Part shown: positions 25,701 to 38,589 of the stretch, piece after piece
Layout: every line of letters starts with the position of its first letter
Numbering within the stretch: the first letter of the stretch is position 1
Source of the DNA: Monocercomonoides exilis PA203
Lineage: Eukaryota > Protista > Preaxostyla
Assembly: GCA_001643675.2 (NCBI GenBank)
Contig: LSRY02000017.1
Coordinates: forward strand, 620,001-684,000
Direction of reading: 5' to 3'
Length of the DNA: 64,000 nucleotides
Notes under the pieces: generated by a model
What the model was told of the DNA's origin: nothing
The model's input: the letters and a program-made list of their open reading frames with translations, nothing else
Databases searched by the model: none
Translations under genes and position numbers: made by a program

Positions 25701-28700
25701 GATGAGGAAATAACTTTGAGCGAGCAGTCATATGAGATGGATTCGAGTGACAAAGCAATTGGATTGAGAGTGGAGACAACAGAACCAAAAGAGCACGACT
25801 GGTTGGTGAAAAACAATGTGACGACAGCACTCATAAACATCACCTTTGAGCTGAAGCAATCGATTTCAGGGCGTTCCACATTTGTATATTCATTGGCAGG
25901 AGACATGAGAATTATTGACTGTGCAATTGATGGGATGGACAATGCAAATGCGATTGGGTATGCATTTATCAGAGCGAGCGGTGGGTATATGCAGATGCTG
26001 AGGCTGAGATGTGGTGCTGAGAGAGAGGTGTTGTTTGGAAGTAACATGGTGCTTGTGGATGGAAGTGCGAAATGCACAATTGATCAACTAACGATGAACA
26101 ATGTGAGAGCAAGCGGGAGTGGAGGAGTGATAAGAATGACCACAAGCAATTCAGTATTAATTCAGAATTGCTCGTTTGGAGATTGTGCTTTGCAGAAGAG
26201 TGGGATGATTCACATTGAGGCGTGCTTATTGTTGAAGCTGAAGAACACGTCATTTGGTAACGTCACGAGAACAACTGGGGATGGTGCTTGTGTTTCTTTT
26301 CAAGCAGATGAGGTAAGCAGGTTTGTTGTTGATATTGAGAACTGCTCATTGAAAGGATGCAGAGTGACTGGAAATGGCAATGGAGGAGGAGGAATGTGTG
26401 CAGTGCTGAGAAAGACGAGCGAACTGTATGTTTCATCGACTACGTTTGAAGAATGCAGAGCACCCTCAGAAAGCGGAACGAATGGGCAAGGAGGAGGGAT
26501 GCTGCTTCATCTTTTGGATTCCGAGGCAAGATTTGAGCTATCGGAAACACTTGGTTTCATATTGAACGAGGCTGAACATGGAGCAAATCTATTTGTGCTA
26601 TCTCCAGATTTGGCAACAAGTGTGAGAAAAGAACAGATTCTGTTTCCAATTCTTATTTCTGATCTCAGCACGTTGGCGATGGGAATTGACTCAAAGTGTG
26701 GAGACTTGATCATTCCACTGAAATATTATCTTGCAGACGATCCTGAGGCGATGTTCATGAGCAACAGTGGAGTGGATGTTGTTGTGTGTGGATTTGAAGA
26801 GTTCAGGTGTAAAACAGTTGATTATGCATTGCAGAGAGTTATGGGAAAGGAAAGAAAAGTGCGATTTGGAGAGACGTATTTATTTTCAGAGAATGTGATA
26901 CTGAACGAAAGTGAAGGATACGAGTTTTGTGGAGTTGCAACAAGAACGAGAATGGAAATGAAGGGGAACGAGACTGGTAGTGAATGTGTGATTGTAGTTT
27001 TTTCGAGAGTCAAGTTTGAGCTGTTTGTGCTTGTTCTTCACGGATCGCTTCAATCTACTCAAACAAGTATGTTTCAAGTATCAGGAGCTGATGGAGAGCT
27101 ACAAATAAAAGATTGCGGAATCGAATGCGAGCCTTCTGTGATTCAGTGCAATTATTCGTTCATTCGCCTTCAAAGTGGAAGTCTTTCTGTTGCAGGGTTG
27201 AGGATAGAAACTGTGCAGTTTGCATCGGCACCTATCCTGTGTCTGAAAGGAAATGGAAAAGCATTGATAAATAGTGTCTTTATCAGCGATGTGCAGATGA
27301 TAGACGCAAATGGTCTAATTGAGTACACCTCCGAGAATTTACTTTCACTGACTAATGTGACTGCACAAAGCTGTAGCAACAGAAATTGCGGATTCATTAG
27401 TGACAGAGAAGGAAGGGATCTTTCGATTACAAACAGCTCACTTCAGGGAGTGAATAACTTGGAAGGGAATGGAAGTGTTGTGAATGGAATGATTGGAAAT
27501 GAATGCAAGATGAGTATTTATGATGTTAAGATTGAAGGCTGTGGAGCATCAAAGGGATGCGGGGGAGGAATAAGTGTGGTTCTGAAAGGAACAGGAGTGA
27601 TGAGGATGGGAATTGTGGAGTATGAGACATATTTTGGGAAGTGTTCAGCCAGCGGAGAAGGACCAGTTGGGGGGGTATGGAGGGGGAGTGATGCTGAGGT
27701 GTTGTGAAGGAGGAAGAGATTTTGTAATGACGAAGTTGACTTTTGGAACGGAAGAGACAGCCAATTCAGCAAGTTTTGGAGGCAAGAATGTGATGATGGA
27801 GTGCGAGAGCTTGTCAGAGCTTGTGAATGAAACATCGTTCAATTTTTCGTTTGAGATTGATGTTGACAAGAATCCGGACTTGCGAGATTTGATGGGAATG
27901 GAAAATGAAAATATCGGACAGCTAATCCCGCTTGTGGTGCTGTTTCGCGAAAAGCCCACAGTTGGATATGTCCATGGGAGAGGTGGAGGAATGGATTATG
28001 ATAAGTGTGGATATTTTGACTTTCCGTGCAGCACACTGAAATATGCAGGAAAAGCCTTGTTTGGAACATCATTGGCAGTGCTGCGTCTGCTATCTTCTTT
28101 TTCAATTGAAGAGGAAATTGTTGTCGATTCACAGGCAATGATAATTGACGGAGAGATGCAGATGCAACGAGTTGTTGTGAATGAATTAGGAGAAGGAGAG
28201 AGGGAAAAGGAAAACATGATTGAAACAATGCAAAATGTGAAGTTTAACAATTTGGCATTTGTTGTTTCAAGGTTTGCAGAATCGACAAAGGAAAGTGTGT
28301 TTCTGTGCAGTGGCAACATTTTGAGAATTGAGGGATGCTCATTTGCAACCAAAGAAGGGATAGTTGAGGCAACATGTATTTGTTGCAGAGGAGGAAAGAT
28401 TGAGATGGTGAAATGTGAATTCGGGAACTTTGAAACACTTAGAAAAGGGATGATTGTGATTGATGGTGTTGGTGTGGAAGGTCTGGTCGATGAAGTGACA
28501 ATTAGGAATTCTACAAGGGAAGGAGGAGGGAGTGTGGTGGAATTGAAGAGAGGGAAGGAAGTAGTGATTGCAAACTCGACGCTGAAAGAAACAGACTTTG
28601 CTGATGGGAATATGATTCTGGTTGGAAATGGAGAGGAGGGATGTGGAACGAGCCTGACGATGAGGAACAACACATTTTTGGAGATAACGAGGAATAATGG

Positions 28701-31700
28701 AAATGGAGGGGTGATGAATGGGGATGTGAGGAATAGAGAATGCATTGAGATTACAAACTGCACTTTTGAGAAGTGTGGTTGCGAGGCAGATGGTTCAATG
28801 GGAGGAGGAATGGTGATGATTGTGAGAGAAGGAGGGAGGTTTGTGTATGAGCGCAATAAGATGGACAAGTGCACCGTGCCATCTGGAAGTGGAAAGGGAG
28901 GAGGGCTGTATGTGAGGTTTGAGAGCATGAACATCACATATTCGATGAAAAACAACGAGTTCAGAAACAGTGTGGCAGAAAAGGGAGATGATGTGTACTT
29001 GGTGTGTGAGTCGCCGTGGCTGATGCTTCTTCCGACATTGTGGTATGGGACAGCCACGAATGCGACAGTTCAGAAGCTGATGTGGGTTGAAGAGCTTTCT
29101 GACGCCAGCAAGGAAGGGTCTATCATAAGCTATTTGTTCCCGTCTTTGGGATCGTATATGTTTGTGGATGGAACAGGGAACGACGGGCAGAACTGTGGAT
29201 TGAAGGAAAACCCGTGCTTGTCAGTTGATGTGGGGTTTGCCCGGATGAAGGATGAGCATGTGATCATGCAGCTGGAGGGGGATGCAGAAGTGAATGGGAA
29301 AATCAATAGAGATGGAAAATCACTGACGATTCAAGGAAATGATGAGTCACAGAAAATGGTTGTTGGGGAGGAAGGAAAATTTGAGCAAACAGAGGGAGAG
29401 GCATTGACCTATTTGATTTTTTCAGTTCTTGAGTTTGTTCTTCCGCGAGCATCGATGAATCTTGCAGAAGAACAATCAGTTGTGGAAGTGAGGGTGGGGC
29501 AATGCACTTTTGTTGATTGTTCATTTTCTGGCTGTGGAAATGCGCAAAATGAATGTGGGAAATGGATTGTTGCAGTCAAAGGAGGATTCGTTCATTTTGA
29601 CAGGGCTATGATGAAAGGAGTGCATTTTGCAGGAAGTGGTATTGCATTGTGCAGCGGTGGAAGCACAGCTTTTGAAAACTGCACAATCGATGATATGCAT
29701 ACAAACGGTGTTGGACTTGTTATGAATGAAGCCGGATCCGATGTGTCCTTGCAAAATTCAACAGTTATGAAATGCATCGTGGGGTTGAGTTCATTCTTGG
29801 TGTCGAAAAGAGGAGCCAAATTGAGTATCAATGAAGAGAGCTCTTTTGAGGATGTTCAAACTGAAAGTATGCGAGGTGGATGCATCCGATGCGAATTGGG
29901 AATGAATGATCAAGTCAATGTTGAAGCTGTGTCCTTTATGAAATGTGCAGCAGATGAAAATGAAGGAAGAGGAGGAGGAGTGTATTTGGATGTGCTGGAT
30001 GATAGCGAGAACAACATCAAATTTTCAGAAGTACAATTCAAAGGCAACCAAGCATTTGAAGGGAAGGATTTGTTTGTCTCGTGCAAAAAACTGAACGAAA
30101 CGGTGACAAGTGCGAGGTTTGGATTTGAGTATGAGGATGAAGAAGGAGTGTTTGTTGATATGAAAGGAAGGGATCGAGATCGGTTTGAAGAAAGTGTGGA
30201 TCTTCGGTTGTTTCTTGTTGAAAGAAAGGCGGAGGAAGTGTATGTGTCTTCAGAGGGATATGATGCAGCTGGGTGTGGAAGCGAGATTTTTCCTTGCTGT
30301 TCTGTGTGGAGTGGGATTAACCATATTGGTGGGAATGAAGTTGGACTTGAAAAGAGACTGGTTGTAATGGGTGAAAGCAGAATTGAAGATTGCTTTATGT
30401 TTGATGAAGAGATGGCTTTTGATGGTCATGCGAATGAAGAGGAAGAGGTGAAATGGAAGCTCATCCACTTTGCCAGCTCGACAACTGGAAGTGGCATGAC
30501 TTCAGTGATTGCTTCGAGCAATTCACTCAGTTTGCTTTCACTGAAGCTTGAGATTCCTTCGTTGTTTGAAGCGAAATTGGTGTCACTTATCTTGTCGAGT
30601 GGAAAGCTTCGATTTGAGAATTGCACTTTTGCAGCGATTGTGACAGATGTGGTTGAATACTCGCTTGTGAAAACAACGAATGGGACATGCTCGATGATTG
30701 GGTGCTCATTGCAATGTTGCCTGTTTGCCATTTCTCCATTTATTGTTTCATCTTCGATGGAGCTTGAACGCTGCAACTTTTCTCAAATAGAGAATACCGG
30801 AGGCAATGAAGGTGGTGTGATGAATGTAATATTGAAAGAAGAAGAATATGTTGCGATCAAGGATATTTATGCGTCAGTCTGCTCGCTATCAGCTGATCGC
30901 AGCAGAGGAGGGTTTTTCTTTTTGAATTGCCAAAATTGCAGCAGCAGCAACAGCATGCATTTGCTTCTGGATGTTGGTGTAAAGTTTGATAAGAACAGAG
31001 CAGATATTGGAAAGAATGTGTTTATTTTGGCAGCTGATTTGAACAACACAGTGAGGACGGAAATATTCAGATTTGATTATGAGTCGATGAAAGAAGACGG
31101 ATTGCTGTTTGTTGGGAGCGACAACATTCATTCAGACAAAGATTTGTTTATGTTCCTCGTTCCATATGGCTCATTTGAGATATTTATCTCATCGAATGGA
31201 TTTGATGTGGCGCGGTGTGGAAGCAAGAGAGAGCCATGCAGAACACTTTGGAAAGGAATGAAAAACATGAAAGACGGAGAAGAAATGAAGACAATTCAAA
31301 TTGAAGGATCTTCATCAATTCGAGATTCATTCAATGCGTCCAACTATCAGTTTGAAAAATCGGAGACAATGGGTGAAGAAAATGAAAAGGCTGTGCTGTT
31401 TTTGGAGAAGGCAGTTGAAGATGGACTGAATTGCTATTTGGCGAATCACAAATTTCTTTCATTCACAGGCATTGCACTTCACTTGAGAACTAGGGTTGAT
31501 AATGCTTGCAAAACTGCAGTTGTAAATAGAGCTGGGAAGTTGGAAATGACTGGATGTTCATTTCGCTCAGATGCTCAGCAAAGCACTCCAAGCAGATGCG
31601 TGTTTGTGGCGATGGGTGCAGGAGAATTGGTTGTGAAAGATTTGTTGATGGACTCCAGCAGTGTTGGAAGCAGTGTTTTTGTGATCAATGAAGTTGGTGT

Positions 31701-34700
31701 TGCTTGCACAATGGAGAGTGTTCATTGCTCATCTCTGAATGAAACAGAAGGATGTGTTTTCACAGTGAAAGAAACTGAAGAGCAAATGCACACGAAGAAT
31801 GGGAAAGAAATGAGCAGTATTTTGTTTGAGAATTGCTCTTTTGTGGGGATGAAAAGAAGCGATGATGGAGCAAGCGTGTGTGAGATGAAAGGAGAGAGCG
31901 GGATTGAGCTGAGGATTGAGGACAGTTTGTTTGTGGACAACAAAGCAGAAGCAAGCGAGAAAGGCGGAGTGATGCTATTTGTGTTGAGTGGGTTAGGGGC
32001 ATTGCGTATTTCGAAGTCGACGATAAGTCGGTGCTGTTGCAGCGAGAGTGGGAAAGGAGGAGGAGTGTATTTGAGGAGCAGAGAAACAGGAAGGCTGGAT
32101 TTTGTGTTTGAGAAGATGAATTGGAGTGCAAACACAGCAGGTGTGGGGAATGATATTTTTGTTGAGTGCTACAACATCACGAGCCAGATTAATGAAACGC
32201 AGTTTCATTTCGATCTGAGAGAGAAGTATTATGTTCAGCTGAATGCGATATATGGAATAGATGTGACTGAGCACACAGGAGACACAAACTTGATCGATTT
32301 CATAACGATCCATCAGAGCGATACGATTGTTGTGTCGAGTGAGAACGGGTCGAATGAGCGCCAGTGTGGTACGTACACTCTTCCATGCTATTCGATTGAT
32401 TATGGGCTGATGCACCTGACTTCAGAGTTCATGAGCCTCGTGTTTGTTGATGGAGCAAGTGTGATCAATGGGGAGCTGCAGCTGGAAGAGATGAGTCTGA
32501 GTTCTCGAGGGAGAGAATTGTGCCATGTGGAAGTGTGCTCTTCAATCAAATGTTCCAGACAGGCTCTGATAGAAACAACAGGCGCTATGTCAATTACAAG
32601 ACTGAAATTTGTGTTTGAATCTGGATTTGCCTCATCACATTCTTTTCTTCTTTTCCCTGAAGGAGGATTGCTGGAAGTGACAAACTGCACATTCAGCACC
32701 AAAATCACAGAGGGAATGGGAGAACGTGTGCAATCGAGTATTCCATTCTGCATTGTGCGAATTGAGAGAGGTGAATGCATGCTTGAGGGCTGTGTGGTGT
32801 CAGATCTTTCACTCTCTGCTTCAGCTGTCTGTATGCTTCAATCTGCAATCCTTTCCTTGATTTCGTGTGACTTTTTTGATCTCAGGATGGGAACAAGCCT
32901 TATTGATGCAGTTGAAGGAGAGCAGTTGGGAATAGAAAAAATGAGTGCAACAAATATAACTTCAACTGATAATAGTGCATCGTTGATATCATGTTTGAAA
33001 GCGAGAAAGTTAGCACAGCTGACAAATTGTTCGTTAAGAAATGTTCTTGTGACAAATAGAGAGGGAAAAGGAAAATGCATTTCTGTGAAGGAGAGTGCAA
33101 ATACAATGATTGAGAGCTGCATTTTTGATGGCAACACGTATGAAAGAGAATTTATGAAGGAAAGATTTTTGAATGAAAATGACAACGAGAATGAGATATG
33201 CAAGTGGAATGGATCAACTTTGGAAGCAATAAGTTGCAATATGAAAATGAAAGATACTACAATAACAAATACACCAGAAGGTGGACTTGCAATAAGCGGA
33301 GGAAGTGTAGAGATTGAAGATGGCAAGTTTGACAACAATAACCCATCCATTGAAGGATATCCATCACTGAGAAGAAACATCATTTGTTCAGATTCTGGAA
33401 CATTGAATGTGCTGAGTTTGAAAGGTGGAGATGGAGTTTTGCCAAACACTTCACTTTGGATGTTGAATGATGGGTGCAGTTTTGAAGGAATTGCTTCCGA
33501 AAGAGATTCATCATTCTTTATTCCTAAATTGGAGAGTGTGGAAGGAAAAGAAGAAACTGGTAGAATGAAGCTGACATTCAAAGGGATGATTCTTATTCCA
33601 TGCAACTTGTCATTCTCAGTTGTGAAGAGAAATGGAGAAGAAAAAGAGATCGAAAAGCATGATTTTGATTCAAATGGGTTTTTGTCGGAAAAAGAAGTTG
33701 AAGGAAGTGTGGGAAAAGATCTTATCAGCAGTTGTGGAGATGAAATAGAGGTGAGTGTGTATATTTTGTTTGGGAATGCAGAATCTCCTTCATCAACACA
33801 GCCATTTATTCTGAAGAATGCAAGTGAAACAAAGGAAAATGGAAATGAAAGGATTGTTGAAGGAGGAAGAGAACAAAAATCATTTTGGCCGATCATTGTG
33901 ATCATCATGGCAATCATTCTCATGATTGTGCTTATTGTGTCTGTTGTTTTGGCAGTTCGATGGAGAAAACAAAAGAGAAGAACAGAGGAGTTGGAAATCA
34001 TTGTGGAAGACACAGTGAGGAAGGATCCAAAACTGATTGAGATGGTGACGATGGAGATGTCACCGGAGGAGCAATGGCGAAGGGCGGAGAGGGAAGCTGA
34101 AAAGAAGAATGAAGAAAAGATAAAGAAGAGAGTATATGCGAAAAGCTTGGAACATTCTGAGTCATCAGAACATCTTCTCTCTGAAAGCGGATCGACTGAA
34201 TATATTCTAGGGAAAGATTCAGACAAGATCCCTGATTGGGCATTAGAAAAGGAGGAGGAGGAAGAGATAAGAAAGCAGACTCCATCTCCATCCATTTCTT
34301 CCACTTCAACAACAGATTCAGATTCAACATTTGTTCGTGGGGAGGATCTGTGTCCAACCACCTCATCGATGTCGAATCTGGTGGATGCAATAGCCTGTTC
34401 ATCTCCACATGAGAAGCTGATTGTGGATTTGAGGGATTCATTGTTCATGCTGCTTCATGGGAGGAATGAGAAAAAGGAGATGGCGATTGGCTCGTTGAAG
34501 GAGAGGGTGATGACAGCAGCACAGGTTCTGTTCTGGGTGGCGAATGGAGCCATTCACTCCTTTGACGAGATGGAAAACCCTCTTCAGTCATTGTCCAGTT
34601 TGAGTCCACACATTGTGTTGTTCTCAGAGCACATGGTTATCTGCATTGTGGTGCATTCGGACTTATTGTCAGATGATTCAGATTCATCTTCCATCTCTTC

Positions 34701-35202
34701 ATCGACTGTCGTGACATCTGCAAGTGATGATGAGGAGGAGGAAGACTCTCTTCCTTCGTCAGCGTTTGAGGATGAGAACGATTTCAAAAAAGAGTGTCTA
34801 AGGTGGAAGGCACCTGAGCTGCTGATGAACAAGAAGATGGGAGCGACAAAGAAGTCGGTGGTGTTTTCGATTGGGATGATGGCGTGGGAGTGTCTGACGC
34901 TCCAGATCCCGTTTGGAGAGTATGAGGCAGAGGTGGCAGGGCAGAAGATCGCGAATGGGGAGAGGCCTGAGCCAGAGGAGATTGAGGGATGTGAGCTGAG
35001 CAAGGGGGTGAAAGCGTGCTTGTCGCAGAATGGAGAGGAGAGGCCAGGGCTGATGGATGTGAAGCGGGAGCTGTTTGGGCACTTCCCGGCCGGGGCTGTG
35101 ATGGTCACAGTGACTGATGCGATTGGGCTGGAGGTTGGGTCGGGGGATCGAGATGGAAGTGGGGATAGTGAAGCTGAGAGTGGAGATTCGTTGATTCGAT
35201 GA
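22737..35202 (+). CDS. Giant (~4,100 aa) single-pass receptor-like protein: putative signal peptide, 8 Cys-rich beta-helix-like repeat units, TM helix, degenerate kinase C-lobe; one frameshift at 27669-27675
   Basis: Intron 23729..23872 (tc|GTATGC...TGAAG|a) links the first ORF to the 24015 frame. Removing one G from the G7 run at 27669-27675 joins ORFs 24015..27707 and 27613..35202 (GPVGG-YGGGVMLRC). Repeat motif is x(V/I)SxxGxDxxxCGxxxxPCx(T/S). TM is FWPIIVIIMAIILMIVLIVSVVLAV followed by RWRK. The C-terminus has LRWKAPELL, VVFSIGMMAWECLTLQIPF and ERP. Confidence 0.8.
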
Positions 35203-36026
35203 GTGGAAACGGTCTGGATGCTTTGAGGCATTTGAAAAAGAAATTTGTGCAATTTTTTCTTTTGAAGAGTTCAGTTGGAAGGTGAAAATGAAGAGATTGT
35301 TCAAGGAATGGAGTGAAAAGCAAATTGAATGTGGAATATATTGTTGGAAGATTTACTTGAGCAGTGGATTGAATCTTTCAGGACTTGTGGTCTTTTGGAA
35401 GATAATTATGCATTTCATACAAATACAACAAACATGCATATATGTGCTTGCTGCATGGTTTTTAACTTTGTTTATTCGTTTTTATTTCGAAGCTTTTTAC
35501 GAGAGGAAATAGAATAATGCAAGTTTGGGAATCATTAAATTCACACACATTATCATTGTCGAAATATTTGTTAAAAATATTCGTTTAAGAAATATTTTTG
35601 AAACATGTCTTTAGCGAGAAGGTATTATCAGAAAGATGATAATTCATCCAACAAAAAGCAAAAAGTTCCGTCTAAACTCTGCAAAAAGAAAACATTGAAA
35701 ATAAAAGAATCAATCCATTTGATCGAAAATTTATAAACTATTTCTTGACAAAAATATTTGAATAAAAACTTTTTAGGTTTTTATTCAAATATTTCGTTTT
35801 TTTTTTTTTTTTTTTTTTAACCCAAAAAAGAAATAACAGAACCAAAAACAAAAGAAAAAGAGCATTGATCAAAACCATATAACATTTGCCTCAAGTTCTA
35901 AACTTGATGTTCATTTGCATTTCAAATCCAAAAATGAAAAATACTTAGAAGACAAAATCTCCACAGAGCAATGAATCCCGATATTGTTTTTCATATCAAG
36001 CAAAAAAAAAGAATGAATGAATGAAT

Positions 36027-36161
36027 GAAAGAAAAGAAAAGAAAAGAAAAGAAAAGAAAAGAAAAGAAAAAGAAAAGAAAAGAAAAGAAAAGAAAAGAAA
36101 AGAAAAGAAAAGAAAAGAAAAGAAAAGAAAAGAAAAGAAAAGAAAAGAAAAGAAAAGAAAA
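36027..36161. repeat. (GAAAA)n pentanucleotide microsatellite, about 26 units, preceded by a short (GAAT)n
   Basis: Directly visible tandem array. Confidence 0.95.
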
Positions 36162-36438
36162 AGAAGTTTTCCTCCATGATAAGCACAACGAATAACACTC
36201 ATTTGTGAAAACAGGAAAATGAGATATATCCAAATCATCTTTTCATAAATTAAAAAGTTCTGATAAGAATATATTGCAATGTTGAGCCTTCATTTGTTTT
36301 TCATAAAAAGAATAAATTAATACTTAAAATGAATTCATGTTCATTCAGTATTATTAAAGTTTCAAAACTTTAAGCTTCAATTTCAAAAAAATATGATTAT
36401 TCATTTGCAAGCATCTTCACAAATATTAACAATGAAGT

Positions 36439-37515
36439 TCATATCTTTAATGAAAGAATTAAATAATCTTCTTCCTCTTCTTCTTCTTCCTCTTCCTCCT
36501 CCTCCTCTTCTTCTTCTTCTTCTTCTTTCTCTTCTTTCTCTTCCTCTTTTTCTTTTTCAAATGCATCTTCATCACCCAGATCTGTATCTTCAAGTCTTTT
36601 GTTCTTTCTATCTTTTTCAGTACTCTTTTGAAATTGCTTTTCTTTTTCTTCATGTTCAGAATCCGTTTCTCCATAATGAAATGGATCAATGTCAAATCCC
36701 AAAGATTCATAAAATTTTTTTGCCAACAGATTGTCTTTTTAAAAAATGTAAGTTTGATGAAAAGTCAAATTTTAAAAATAATAACTTAAATTAACAAACC
36801 GTTATTTACAGTAAGCATAATTTTGTGCACAGCAAAATGTTTCCCGATTTCTATTAATAACTGTAAGAATTAAAATAAACATCGACAATTTTTTATAATA
36901 CAAAACCTGTATCAACTTTCTTCCAATTCCGCATCTCTGAAATTGTGCATCAATTTGTATCTCGTATCTAATTCAAACGTTTAATAAAAAATGAAAAAAA
37001 TAAGTTTCAAACAAATAAAGTACGATATTTTTGTTTTCAACAATGATACGAAAATGAACAAATGCAACAATGGGGCCTATTTGTTGCGTAGAATGCAAAG
37101 AAGTAGTTTTTGAACTTGATGGTGTTGCTGAAGAAGATACTTCTGAGGAATGATTATCAAGAAAAACAATAAAATATTGAGAATCCAAAAATCCAAAAAG
37201 TTCGTTTTTCTTTTCCAATTGATTCCAACCACGAGATGCTTGAAGATATATCTTTTTCATGTTATCTTCTGTCAGCGAGAACAGCTTTTCTTTTAAAAGA
37301 GAAGTCAACGAGCCGTGATTATAATGAGCAATGCGAAATGTTTGTTCATTATCTTGATCATCGTGAAGATCTTTTTCGAATGAATTACTTTTTTTATAGT
37401 AGTTTTTGTCATCTGCAAGAATGACATTATCAATATATTGATTAATGTTAGAATTAACGTTCATAATAAACGATTTTTGTTCTAGTGTTCCATAGTCTTT
37501 TTCAATAATTGTCAT
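36439..37515 (-). CDS. NAA40: N-alpha-acetyltransferase 40 (NatD, histone H2A/H4 N-terminal acetyltransferase), 4 exons
   Basis: The spliced product reads LTEDNMKKIY...GW...EKKNEL...PIVAFVHFR...VLY|LYEIQIDAQFQRCGIGRKLIQ|LLIEIGKHFAVHKIMLTVNN|DNLLAKKFYESLGFDID...acidic tract...YLILSLKI. This gives the GNAT acetyl-CoA motif QRxGxG plus the NatD-type motif order. Confidence 0.85.
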
Positions 37516-37786
37516 CGAAACGATATTTTGTGGAAAATATTTGTTTATGAACGAAAATATTAAGTATTATATTCAAATTTTAACATTAAGGGAATATCAA
37601 AAATAAATCATATGATTAATCGATATAAACCTATAAATAAGTAAAAATGTAATACAAAGATGGTAAAAAAAAAAACCTAAATAATAAAACAGTGTGATAT
37701 GACAAAGCAAATGTTAAAACAACTTTAAATTAAAAAAGCAGAGAACATTTAAAAATTTATTAATTTAGAGTTTCATGAAAAAGAAG

Positions 37787-37948
37787 TTATGTTATTGGTG
37801 CAATAGTTTTGTTTATGGACCATTTCATTTTAACTTCTTGAGGAAGTGGCATGGCGTTTGTCAGTTCGAGCTTTGCAAGTCGAGACACTTCAAAAGAAGC
37901 TCCTGGTATTCCCAAGAGCGCCTACACAGCAAAGTGAGTGTTAAAAAA

Positions 37949-37995
<47 letters not shown>

Positions 37996-38549
37996 AATTG
38001 TTCAATAAATAAGTGTATTTTGTTATATCCATGAAATAGAATAGAATAGATGATAATAGAGAATTAAAAAAAAAGAAAAAGAAAAAGAAAAAGAAAAAAA
38101 AAGAAAAGAAAAGAAAGAAAAATAGAATATTTTAACTCCTCACATAATATATATAACTAAAGAACTCCAAACCATAAATTTAATTTCCTTTGGGATGTTG
38201 AGTATGGTTCCCTTTGCCTGAAGCCCATTTAAGAAGAAATGAGCCACTCTTGGCTTCACAGTCATATCAACCTCAATTGAGACTGTGTCTCCATCATTCC
38301 AAGTTCCATTGTTAAGAGCCCATATTCCATCTTGACGGATGGGAGAGTTGCTAAAAAAAGATAAGCAAGAAAGAAAAGCAAGAAATGAAGAAAAAGAAGA
38401 AAAAGAAGGAAAAGAAGGAAAAGAAGGAAAAGAAGGAAAAGAAGGAAAAGAAGGAAAAGAAGGAAAAGAAGGAAAAGAAGGAAAAGAAGGAAAAGAAGGA
38501 AAAGAAGGAAAAGAAGGAAAGGTTCGTTAACAAGAATATAAATTTAAAA

Positions 38550-38589
<40 letters not shown>

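Noticed and set aside
32838-34448. 536-aa minus-strand ORF and other long antisense ORFs inside the receptor, kinase and NCKAP1 genes
   Set aside because: They are in codon register with the sense gene, explained by codon bias, and carry no independent motifs.
35911-36238. Phe/Ser/Leu-rich ORFs resembling membrane proteins
   Set aside because: They are translations of the (TTTTC)n microsatellite.
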